Shown: positions 13,138-26,130 of the stretch, one piece after another
Position numbering within the stretch: the stretch's first letter is position 1
Layout: the number at the start of each line of letters is the position of its first letter
Source of the DNA: the human T2T-CHM13v2.0 reference genome, Homo sapiens
Assembly: GCF_009914755.1 (NCBI RefSeq)
Contig: NC_060937.1
Length of the DNA: 64,000 bases
Direction: 5' to 3' (one strand)
Program-made: the position numbers and the translations under genes
The notes under the pieces: model-generated
The model's database searches: none
What the model was told of the DNA's origin: nothing
Seen by the model: only the letters and a program-made list of their open reading frames with translations

Positions 13138-13974
13138 ATGTTCCTTTAGCTTCATTTTTAGATCCTTGATGTCATAATAGCATAACATAATGTTATTTGG
13201 GGTTGTGATGAGACATTTTTCTTCTGCTAAACAGGTGCAGTCACCATCACTCTTGCCAAATCATCTTAGTGCACAGAAATTGAAATACCACGTTATCTGC
13301 ACATACATTTGCTTTGTTCAGGGGACATACTTGTCACCAGTCAAGCTTGGCATCTACAGAGTGGAGGCAGTGAAATGTGGGCTTGCCACAACTCTCCATC
13401 TAGTTCTTAAAAACCTGATTCAGTGTTACCCAAGAGGCTATGAAACATGAGCAGTAAGAAAGATCACTAATAATGAAGTCCTGGCAGGCAGCCAATCTTC
13501 CTGCAGTGAAGTCCTGCTCACTTTAATGTAGTTCCACTGGGCTGGATACATGTAGAGGATGAATGACAGCAGGATGCTGAAACAGCTGCTAGGTGATCAG
13601 CTGAAGTGGCCCAAATGAATGTGGGCAGGGAAGGAGGAGTGTAGATGTTAGAACATTTGCTAAAGGACTGTGAAACAACACCTAGAGCATCATGATACCA
13701 ACTAGTTGTAGACTGGTACAGCACAAAAGCATCAGAGAATCCATCTTGGCCTATAATTTTCACATAAAATGATTTTCTTGCCAAATAATAGAAAGCCAAA
13801 CAAAACACTCTGTTAAAATTATTTCCTAGAATGCCACATCGACTCTTATTTTGATGTGAAAGCTCTTAAACAGTCAACAGATATCTACAGGTTTTGAGTT
13901 TTCCTCTAGAAAATCAGCAGGTTCCACATTTCCAGACTTCAGAATATGTTCCTTTAGCTTCATTTTTAGATCCT
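13138..13974 (+). repeat. Exact 29-bp dispersed direct repeat (13138-13166 and 13946-13974)
   Basis: atgttcctttagcttcatttttagatcct occurs twice, 808 bp apart. Confidence 0.95.
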
Positions 13975-14726
13975 GTAAATCAGCATGAGAAAAGGTATAA
14001 CAAGAGCTAAGGCAAGGTAATAAAAAAAATAAAATAGCAACTAAGAAGTAAAAAACCTGCACTATTTTCCTAACAATTAAGTCCTCTCCTGGTAGGCTTT
14101 GCATATTTTTGGAGGCAAAATTAGTCTTAAGTTGGGACCAAGCACGGAAATTGTCTGAAAGAATCAACATTATGTTGGTAGAAAAATATGTGGAAGAATG
14201 TTTACTATTTAGAGGAAATATCCTCCATCTGATTGCTTATTTATATAAAGACAGTTATCTTCAAATATAATAGGTCACAACCTATTGAATGGTTGAATGA
14301 CCCATGCTGGACTCCATGTTTGAAGCTGACTACTTGATTCTGCCTTATATATTAATGTACAGTTTGCATCTGCAATTGGATTTGACTCATATGTATATTT
14401 TGGTTTTGTCCTTAAAATCAAATATTTTAGTTATATCCCAAGCTCTGTAACAAACATTCTTTCATTTCTTTACATTTCTCTTGCACATCTATGCACTCAA
14501 CATACTGCAAGATACTGAGGGTACAACAATAAATAAGATATATAATTTCTAAACTCCTAGAACTTGAGTACTTATTGTTTAAAGCTTACTTTACTTGGCT
14601 TTGTGATACCAGGTCACACAATTCATGACATCTACTCAAAGAGGCACACAATTTTACTGGAGAGGAATAAATCACATGAAAAGAAAATAAAGAAAGGCAA
14701 TATTTATAATTATTTAATGAGTCTTT

Positions 14727-14944
14727 CAGAGCAGGCAAACTTTTCTACAAAGGGCCAGTCAATGCTTTACACCATGTGGGCCAATAGTCTCTGTTACATC
14801 TACTCACCTCTGCCCTTGTGGAACAACAGAAGTCAGAAACAATAAGTAAACTAATGGGTGTGACTCTATTTCAAATCAAACTTTATTGACAAAAACATGT
14901 GGTGGGCTTGATGTAGCCCATGGGCTGTAGTTGGTTGACCCCTG
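14727..14944 (-). mobile_element. MER58A (hAT-Charlie) MITE
   Basis: Inverted termini 'cagagcaggcaaac' and 'gttggttgacccctg'; internal 'aaactttattgacaaaaaca' and 'aagggccag'. Confidence 0.85.
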
Positions 14945-15485
14945 TTTCAGAAAATAATTTCCGTAGCAGCTGGTGAAGAGATGGAAATCATAGCATAAGA
15001 TCACAGAGAAGGTCCACTGGATCTCAAAGACAGGAAGAAAAAAGTGGTTCACACCCATTTTACAGAATTTCAGCAAAATAACTAGAATATACTCTGCAAC
15101 TTCTTTTATACAGTACATGAATTTATTCATCTCAACCCAAACTTTGCTACCCATATTAGGTTTAACTCATCTTTTCTAGCCCAACTTTTTCTACATGAGA
15201 CCTTATTTTTTCCATTGGTTTTGAGCTTGATCCCTAGAGAAGACTTATTCTCTGAATACTAGGTACTTTTTTGACAATCATAAACTGATTGCTTTAAGGT
15301 TCAGGTCTCAGTTTGTATCGGCAGGTAAACACTGATTCCCATACTTGATGCTGGCTGAATATAAGCAGAAAAAGAATGATGTATGGGATGAGTGTACATA
15401 AGAGTAGTAGGAAATGAGCTGTAATGGGAAGACTAAAAACTGGGAAATATTCTCAAAGTTGAAAGAGGAATAATGGTAAAAAGTA

Positions 15486-17025
15486 CAGTCATGCATTGCT
15501 TAATAATAGAATTGTGTTCTTTAGGCAATTTTGTCCTTGTGTGAACAACATACAATGTACTTACACAAACCTAGATGGTATAGCTTACTGCACACATAGG
15601 CTGTATGATATAGGCTATTGCTCCCAGGCTACAAATCTGTATAGCATGTTGCTATACTGAATACCATAGGCAATTGTAACACTATGGAAAGTATTTCTGT
15701 ATCTAAACACATCTAAGTATAGAAAATGTATAGTAAAAATATGGTATAAAAGATAAAAAATGGTACACCTGCATAGGGCACTAACCATAAGTGGAGCTTG
15801 CAGGACAGGAAGTTGCTCTGGATGAGTCTCCGAGTGAATGGTGAGTGAATGTGAAGGCCTAGGATGCCACTGTACACTCTGTAGACTTTATAAACACTGT
15901 ACACTTAGGCTGCACTAATTTATAATTTTTTTCTTTCTTCAATAATAAATTAACCCTAGCTTACAACTATTTCCTTTATAAAACTTGAATTTTTTAACTT
16001 TTTGACTCCTTTGTATAACACTTTGATTAAAATACCAACACCTCGTACAGCTGTACAAAAATGTTTTCTTTTATAGATCCTCATTCTTTAAGCTTTTTTC
16101 TATTTTTAAATTAAAATTTTTGAATTTTTTTAAACAATTGTGTTAAAAAACTAAGAAAAAAGGACAGACATTAGCCTAGGACTACAGGGTCAGGATCATT
16201 AATATCACTGCCTTCAACCTTCACATCTTGTATCACTGGAAGGTCTTCAGGGGCAATAACATGCATGGAGATGTCATCTCCTATGATAACAGTGCTATCT
16301 TCTGGATATCTGTTGAGGAACCTGCCTGAGGCTGTTTTACAGTTAAATTTATATATATATACGTATATATATATCATATACACACACAAATTATATATAT
16401 ATAAAGTTAACTATATATATATACTTATATATATGTAGAAGCAGTACACTCTAAAATAATAACATTAAGTATAGTATAGTAAATATATAAACCAGTAACA
16501 CAGTTATTATCATTTTCAAGTATTATATACTGTATATAAGTTGTATATGTTATACTTTTATATGACTGGTATCACAGTAGGTTTGTTTACACCAGCATTA
16601 CCACAAACACGTGAGTAATATGTTGCACTGACACATTATAATGGGTATGACATCACTAGGTAGTAGAAAATTTTCAGTTTAATTATTATCTTGGCTGTTG
16701 TGGTGGCTCACACCCGTAATCCCAGCACTTTCGGAGGCCCAGGTAGGAGGATCATTTAGGGCCAGGAGTTTAAAATGAGCATGGCAACATAGGGAGACCC
16801 TATCTCTACAAAAAATACAAAAAAAAAAAAAAAAAATTAGCTGGTTTAGTGGCACATGCCTGTAGTCCCACCTACTTGAAAGGCTGACCCAGGAGGATGG
16901 CACCACTGCACTCCAGCTTGGGTGACACAGTGAGACCCTGTCTCAAGAAAAAAAGAAATTCTTATAGGACTATTATCCTATATACGGTTCATCACTGGCC
17001 AAAATGTGTCATTATGAGGCACATG
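15486..17025 (-). mobile_element. Tigger3b-like (TcMar-Tigger) DNA transposon, interrupted by an Alu
   Basis: TA then 'cagtcatgcattgcttaa'; 'acttacacaaacctagatggtatagc'; opposite terminus 'tcattatgaggcacatg'. Confidence 0.85.
16693..16955 (+). mobile_element. AluJ SINE with right-arm deletion
   Basis: 'ggaggatcattt..ggccaggagttt...gcaacatagggagaccc', ending 'gagaccctgtctc' plus A-rich tail. Confidence 0.9.
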
Positions 17026-17499
17026 TACATTAATGTGTTTCAGAAGGTCCAGCTGATCGCAAGCATGCCATTCCTGTGGAGAGAGACAAGTTCTTTTAAG
17101 AATTTGATGATGTTATACTTGGGCAATTCTACCCCTATAGAGAGTACATGGAAACATTATATATTAATGGTAAAGTTAATGAATATTTCACTAACCTGAA
17201 TATACTTTTCTTTTCCATAATATTCTCCATAGTTTGCATAATTAAGCATTAATAATTTAAGTTAGTTTTTTAGGTCTTTGAGGATTTCCAATTCATAGTT
17301 TAAGAATTGCAGAACTTTACCATTACCATCTCTCTTTTGTTAAGTTGTTAATTAAATAACAAGCTACAAATGATTCATTTTTAAGTACCAAATGCATTTT
17401 AAATAAATGTTCTTGCAAAGTGTCTACTTTGTGTGTGCTGCTTGAGACTGTCTAAACAAGATATTTCCACAAGATCTTAACACTTTATGGTTCTGCATA

Positions 17500-17830
17500 T
17501 ATCCATGTTTTCCGAATAGCATTCCTTCTGTCTGGCACTTTCCCTTGCATTCTACACAAAACTTAGACCCCTAACTTAACATCCTTCACCTGACCTCGAC
17601 ATCATTTTTCAAAGGATTCTGCCTTGGCCTTCCCAGGAGGGCTGAATACAAAACACATCTGCTTGCTCAGCACTGTCACACTTGTCACATTTATTTGCGA
17701 TTGTTTTTGCTTTTCTCTCCACTAGATTCTGGGGCACTGGAACACAGGAATTCTTTTTCATCTCAGTGGCTACTGCCAATGCTGGTATACAGTAGGTACT
17801 CAATAAATATTTGGAGAAACAAATGAATAA
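17500..17830 (+). mobile_element. L2 LINE 3' end
   Basis: 'gctggtatacagtaggtactcaataaatattt...aatgaat'. Confidence 0.75.
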
Positions 17831-18019
17831 CAAGTTCCTACTGTACAATGTAACTGTATTATGAACATATCTCAGAAGCTACAAGAAGCATTTTGTTCTT
17901 AAAGTTATAGCTAATATCCTAGTTATATCATCTTCACAACTCATCTAATTTATTCATGTTTGTGTTTAACACATAACTGAAAATAATATGTGGAAGTTAC
18001 AAGCACTATTTTATGTATA

Positions 18020-18240
18020 GTGGTAGTATTTCTGATCTTAGATAAAGACAACTTGAGTTCATTACCATCATCACAGCTATGGTACTTTGGGTAAGTCAGT
18101 CAGCCTCTCTGAGCTTTAGTTTTTACATCTATAAATAGGACAATAATAATATTCTTCATGGTTGTTCCGAGGATGAAAAAGATCATTCTTACAATGGCTT
18201 TTAAATCACATCATGAAATATAAATCATCATGATTATTTC
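18020..18240 (+). mobile_element. MIR SINE
   Basis: 'ctttgggtaagtcagtcagcctctctgagctttagtttttacatctataaataggacaataata'. Confidence 0.8.
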
Positions 18241-19642
18241 ATTTCTTTTCATGTTCAACCCCAAGCATCACCAAGTAAAACATCGTTAAAAGCCTCCAGG
18301 AGCCGGACCTGCCTTGGTATTTATATGGAATATTATTTTTAATAATTAACAATTTGTCCCTCATATCTTAACTATTCCCGCTGGGTATTATAAATGCTGC
18401 AACAATTACACATTTTCATAGCATTATTTATTTCTCCCTTTGGTTCTGAGCTGTTAATGACAAATGGAGAATTAAGACATAAAACAATTTAATTTTCTAT
18501 CTAAACAGAATTGGAGGACTAAGCATTGTTCTTAGTTTTTAATGAGAATGATTGGTCTTTAGATAGAGATGTGTTAAATGATTAGTTAAGAAGAATATAT
18601 TCATCAAAGATTGAATATGCACACCAGGTCTTCTTTTCTAGGTATTCACTTGGCCAGGAAAATAATGAATCTTTCTCTTGCTTGATAGAAATATGGCTAT
18701 ACCTCTAGCAGATTCATGCTGTTTAACTCTGCATAGCCACTGTCTGTGAAAGACTGGTCTCCAGAATGTTAACTCACATTTACAATGTTTGCAGAAGCTT
18801 GCAATGCAGGAGTGAGTCTTTAAAAAGACTTACTGCCACAATCACCACCCATCCTATTTAATAAAATGGAGCAGTGGAGTTGTTTCAAACGTCACAGTTG
18901 TTCTTCATATCAGAGAAAACCAGTGCATTTCTAAAAGTAGGTGGCTTGAATGGAGAAAGTAATTGCCTGGTTCATTCATGTAAGATCTAATAAAAAACTG
19001 TTATACCATACTTAAGTGTGCAAACGTTTTTCAATCACCTTTTTAAATTTCAACTTGTAACACTTAGAAAGGAGATCACAAAGTAGATATTTTCAGATAT
19101 TTTGAACAAGGCATATTCAAAGCTCATAGTGGAACACTTTTTTTTTTTTTTTTAATCACTGAGTATATTACAGTCACAATTTAACCCTGGTCAATGCAGC
19201 AAACTTTGCATCTCCTTTTTCTTGAAGTGCTTTTCTCGCTTTTCATATCTTGCAAATTGTGAAAAAAGAAATGAAACTGAAAAAAAAAAAAAATAGAAAA
19301 GTAGAGAAGTGGATTACATGGGTTCCAGACACAGGGCTGCTAAATTCTGAGACTCTTATGGAGTGATGATAAGCCCCTTGAAAGAGACTTTGATATTGGG
19401 GCCAGCCCTTCAACAGTGCAGTTTTCATGTGGCAGACTTTCTAATACATGTTGTGGCTGGGAGAGGGAGGCTAATTCCAGCCTTTCTCCCTGAAATTTCT
19501 AAACCAACTTTCTCAACCACAGTCGCTTTGGTTGCCAAGATGAAGCTGCTAGCACGTATGACAACTTTTCTTTCATTCTGAATATTCTATAATTGGAAAT
19601 GAGATGAATGCAAAAAACCAGGATAGGGCGATAAAAACAATA

Positions 19643-19960
19643 CTATGCAGCCATAAAAAAGGATGAGTTCATATCCTTTGTAGGGACATGGATGAAGCTG
19701 GAAACCATCATTCTCAGCAAACTATCACAAGGACAAAAAACCAAACAGGAAGGGGAACATCACACACCGGGGCCTGTCATGGGGTTGGGGGAAGAGGGAG
19801 GGAAAGCATTAGGAGATATACCTAATGTAAATGACGAGTTAATGGGTGCAGCACACCAACATGGCACATGTATACATATGTAACAAATCTGCACATTGTG
19901 CACATGTGCCCTAGAACTTAAAGTATAATTTTAAAAAATGTTGCAACAATTAAAAAAAAA
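19643..19960 (+). mobile_element. 5'-truncated L1PA (about PA4-6) 3' end with an internal deletion
   Basis: 'gatgaagctggaaaccatcattctcagcaaactatc...ccctagaacttaaagtata'; TSD aaaaacaata at 19633-19642 and 19961-19970. Confidence 0.92.
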
Positions 19961-20419
19961 AAAAACAATATTGTCACTGAGTCAGGAAAGGGGTGCCTTT
20001 TAGAGAAGGCATCAGGAACGATCATTTGAAGATGTGACAGTAGAGTTGTGACCTAAGAGCAAACCGTGCAGACAGCTTGTGTAAAGGTGCTGAGGCTGCA
20101 AATATTTTATTTTGTGTCTGGAGTATAATGAAAGAAAGGGCAGGAGTGATGAGGTGCAAGCATGATCTCTCAGGGCCTTGAGACCATTATAATAAATTAA
20201 TCAAGAAATTTAACAGCAAAAGGAAATAAATATAAAATCTGTTGGTTACATCTATTATTGTACTAAACTATGTTCTGGAAAAGTCAATTTCGTTTTATTC
20301 CTGAGAGATGCTTTTCTAGTCACAAATCTGTCCATTTAAAAAATGAGAGTCTTCCAGGTTTGAATCCAGGCTTTCAAAATTTTACATTTCTTCTCTTCCC
20401 TATGCGAGAATATAGTTTC

Positions 20420-21810
<1,391 letters not shown>

Positions 21811-23809
21811 GGTGAGCATATGGAGGGTGTGCTGATCCCCTCATGTTGCCCTCCCAGAAGTCATGCATCCTTTAAACAGGAATGTTTTCTAAATCACGGG
21901 AACGGTGGGAAAAGTATAGGGCTTTGTGTGAAGTATCTCAGAGTATATTTGGAAAGATACACTAAAACTAGATTTTAAAATATTTGGCATTTATATTGTG
22001 AATTACACTTGACAAAAATACCTGAACAGTGGTAAAGAGAAAGTAAAGCTAAAATAAAGAAGACTGAGAAATGGAGATCTTTGCAAAACTGAAAAATTGT
22101 CCTGGGACAATCTGAGAAGGGCCTAAACAAAAACAGTAGTGGGGACAGATATGTTTTCCAGGCAAGCCTTGGTTGAATAGCTACCCTAAGTCTAGTGAAC
22201 CAAAATCTGGCACCAGTGAGGTTGTGTGGAGTGCTCAACAAGTGATACATTTGCAATAAAAAAATTGGCAAGAGGAAACAAAGTTTATTTATTTTGAACA
22301 GTATTTTTGGCAAATAACGGTTTATATTTTTTCATATTTAGTTTTATAATAAATGTCTCTTGTACGTTATTTAATATGTATAAATTTGCAAATGCTTGGC
22401 TTATAGCTTTACAATGAAGCAATAATTAATACACAAAAATACACCTATTCATTGACTGTGGCTGAACATTTTTCAAATTACATAAAGTCATGGTAAACAT
22501 TAAATGAGGTAATATCTAGTACAGTAAAAAAATGGCAAAAATGTTACTAAATAAATGCAATTTTTATATTTTCTTTCCCTTGTTGTCCATACTCAGTATT
22601 TATTGAAAGTAAAATTATGCTTGACATTCAGAAAATATGTCTCCTCTAAAGTTTTTTTTAATATTATGAAGTCTAAATTAAGATTAAAAATACCAATGGA
22701 AATTTCACAGAGCATATTCCACAAGAAGGACAAGAAAATGAGCCTGCAATTAGATAAAACTGCATCCTTTCAAAGAATTGTATTATTAAATATTCAAGAT
22801 TATGTGCATTAGTGAGGACATAAACTCATAGGCATACCTTTTTGCAAGGCTACTGACAGTAACTAACCATTAGAGAAACATTAAATGAAATATTGAAAGA
22901 GGAAGACAATTCAAGAAATGGACCAATTTGAGCAACTCAAAGGCACTGCTTTCGATGGCACATTTAGGGAACAAAAGACAAAAGAGAATCAGAAAAAAAA
23001 ATCATTTATAGACAAAGTGGCCACTGCCCGTTGATTGAGAGGTCACACTTTAAATCATTTTGACAGCTGAAAAGGGAGAAGAGTTTTCCCAGAAGGTAGT
23101 TTTTAAATTTTTTTTTAAACTTCATATAAAGAAAAGGACACTGAAACTGACCCAAAAATGACTAAAAGATTTAGTTGCAGAGTATATGACCAGTGTAGTA
23201 CTAAAGCCAGATAAAGAACATTTAAAAATTGGATGCAGAATAGATGAAGGGAACAACTCACTAAATTGCCATTTTCTGGCTCCTTTGGAAACCATTTCTC
23301 CCTCTAGCTATATTCTACCCTTCCATTCAGTTTAATGATAATTTTATTTTTTTCTAGCATGATCTGGGTTTATGACAACTTCAATTTTTTCTTAGCAGAA
23401 GCAGTTATTAGATGTATTGCTTATGACTAATTCTCTCAAGACTTAGACTGTAGAAACAATAGCAACATTTAGTTCCTCATTTCATAAATCCTAAATATGT
23501 AAATATCATCTACTAAATTTCTATATATTCTATAAATATATTAAAGGTGAATCAACAATATGAAGCATGATTTTCTTTACATCTCACAGCATTTTGTTCA
23601 AACAGAGTTGACATTCATGTTACAGCTTGGGATAACACTTCCCTGCTTTCATTTTGAAATGTTCAGTGGTCCTGCCACTTGGATTCATGTTGCATTTGTA
23701 CACACAGAGAAACAGAAAAATGAAAAAGTTGTCTGTATGATTTCAGCAAATAGCCAATTTTTATCTGAATTATATTAATGTCGGTAAGCATGACTCAATG
23801 ATCCGGTAC

Positions 23810-23998
23810 TCTGGTTTAGAGTGAAGCATATCTGAACATGAATTCAGGGTATGCCCCTTAACTTCACTAAGGTACTATTATTCTTCTTTATACACTGGGA
23901 TAATGACAAAAATTAACAGAATAAAGTAAATTATGTGAAGATTAAATGAGATGATGTTAAAAAAATCCGTTAGCATAGGTCCCAGAAATTGTAGTCAT
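23810..23998 (+). mobile_element. MIR SINE split by an L1; tail resumes at about 25360
   Basis: 'tgtgaagattaaatgagatgatg...ttagcataggtccc'; continues 'cagtaaatgt' plus an (agt)n-like tail after the L1. Confidence 0.65.
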
Positions 23999-25355
23999 CA
24001 CATAGTCCAACGGAACAGAATAGAGAACTCAGACATAAGTCCGCACATGTACAACTATCTGATCTTTGACAAACCTGACAAAAACAAGCAATGGGAAAAG
24101 AATTCCCTATTCAATAAATGATGCTGGGATAACTGGTTAGCCATTTGCAGAAGACTGAAATTGGACCTCTTCCTTACACACAAAAATTAACTCAAGATGG
24201 ATTAAAGACTTAAATGTAAAACCCAAAACTTTAAAACTCTGAAAGACAACCTAGGCAGTGCCATTCAGGACACAGGCACAAGCAAAGATTTTATGATGAA
24301 GATATCAAAAGCAATTGTGAAGACAAAAATTGACAAATGGGATCTAATTAAACTAATGAGCTTCTGCACAACAAAAGTAACAAGAGTAAACAGACAACCT
24401 ACAGAATGGGAGAAAATATTTGTAAACTGTTGGATGTGCATCCAACAGAGGTCTAACATCCAGAATCTATAAGGAACTTAATCAAATTTACAAGAGAAAA
24501 AGAAGCAACCTCATTAAAAAGTGGGCAAAGGACATGAACAGACACATTTCCAAAGAAGACATACATGCGACCAACAAGCATACGAAAAAAAACTCAACAT
24601 CACTGATCATTAGAGAAATGCAAATCAAAACCACAATTAGATAACATCTCATGCCAGTCAGAATGGCTACTATTAGAACACAAAAAAATAACAGATGCTG
24701 ATGAGGTTGTGGAGAAAAAGGAACACTTATACACTGTTGGTGGGAGTGAAAATTAGTTCAACCATGGTGGAAGACAGTGTGGCAATTCCTCAAAAACAGA
24801 AATATCATTCAAAGGAATGGTATTTACAAAAAGAAATATACACAAACGAATATAAATTGTTGTGTCATAAAGACACATGCATGTGTATGTTCACTGCAGC
24901 ACTATTCACATTAGCAAAGACAGGGAATCGACCTAAATGGTCATCAGTGATAGACTGGATAAAGAAAATGTGGTACATACCCACCATGGAATACTATGCA
25001 GCCATAAAAAAGAATGAGCTCATGTCTGTCGCAGGGACGTGGATGGAGCTGGAGGACATTATCCTTAGCAAGCTAACACAGGAACAGAAAACCAGATGTT
25101 CTCACTTACAAGTGTGAGCTAAATGATGAGAACATATCACCACATAGAAGGAACAACACACACTGAGGCCCATCAGAGGGTGGAAGGTGGGTGGAAGGAG
25201 AGAATCAGGAAAAATAACTAATGGGTACTAGGCTTAATACCTGGATAATGAAGTAACCTGTACAACAAATCTCCATGACACAAGTTTACCTATGTAGCAA
25301 ACTTGCACATGTACCCGTGAACTTAAAAAATAAATGTTAAAAAGCAAAACAAAAA
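23999..25355 (+). mobile_element. 5'-truncated L1PA13-16-like LINE
   Basis: ORF 24695-25117 is the ORF2 C-terminus ('WIKKMWYI.TMEYYAAIKKNE'); 3'UTR 'gggtactaggcttaatacctgg'; diverged TSD agaaattgtagtcatc/agaagtattagtcatc. Confidence 0.92.
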
Positions 25356-25789
25356 GAAGTATTAGTCATCCAGTAAATGTAGATAAAGTAGTAGTTGTAG
25401 TAGTAATAATAGATGTGCTAGCAATAGTAGTCTAAGTCACAGTGGGAGTACTAGTCATAACAATTGTGCTATCAAATTTTGGCCTAAATTATCAAAAGGA
25501 AAATTTCAGTTTTACTTTTATTTTTACCCCAGCCTGAGTCCAATAATAAATCAGAATCTTTATATATAAACTGAGTAAAAAAAATTATAATAAAAATATC
25601 CTCAGTTCACAATGTTCTTAATCTATGACTGATACTTTACATGCACTCTCTCTTATCTCCAAAAACACCCCCCAAGGAAGGAATATCAGTAGAAATCTAG
25701 TTATAAGTGGCTAATGCTTCTCTAACTAGCTTGATTTGAAAAGGAAGATTAGTTGACATACATTTGAAGCCATGGGGCTGTCAGGGATG

Positions 25790-26130
25790 GAAGTGACCCC
25801 AGAGTATCTTTATTTCACATCTCATATCTGTTTTTATTGTTGTTTTGCTATCATAGTTATGCTTCTCTTTATCAGAAGCATGTCTGTAGTTGATTCCAGA
25901 TTTAATGCCGTGCAGATTCCTGACCAAAGGGAACAGGGGCCTGGTGTCCCTCAACTCTAGTTTGTACGAAAGAATTGGGAAAATCTGACTGACCCAGCTT
26001 CAGTGAGGTTCTCATCCTTAGGTATCAATCACTCTTGGAGGTTGGGAAAAGGGTAGAGGATTGACTAGCCTAGCCTATGTGACATGACCATTCTGTGTCC
26101 ATGAGGATGGTATCTGTAACATGAAGAATG
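25790..26130. mobile_element. Possible MLT1J/K-like MaLR LTR remnant
   Basis: 'gggaaaatctgactgacccagctt...ctcatcctt...caatcact' resembles old MLT1; weak. Confidence 0.35.

Noticed and set aside
16350-16436. TA-rich quasi-palindrome
   Set aside because: Low-complexity expansion inside the Tigger3-like element
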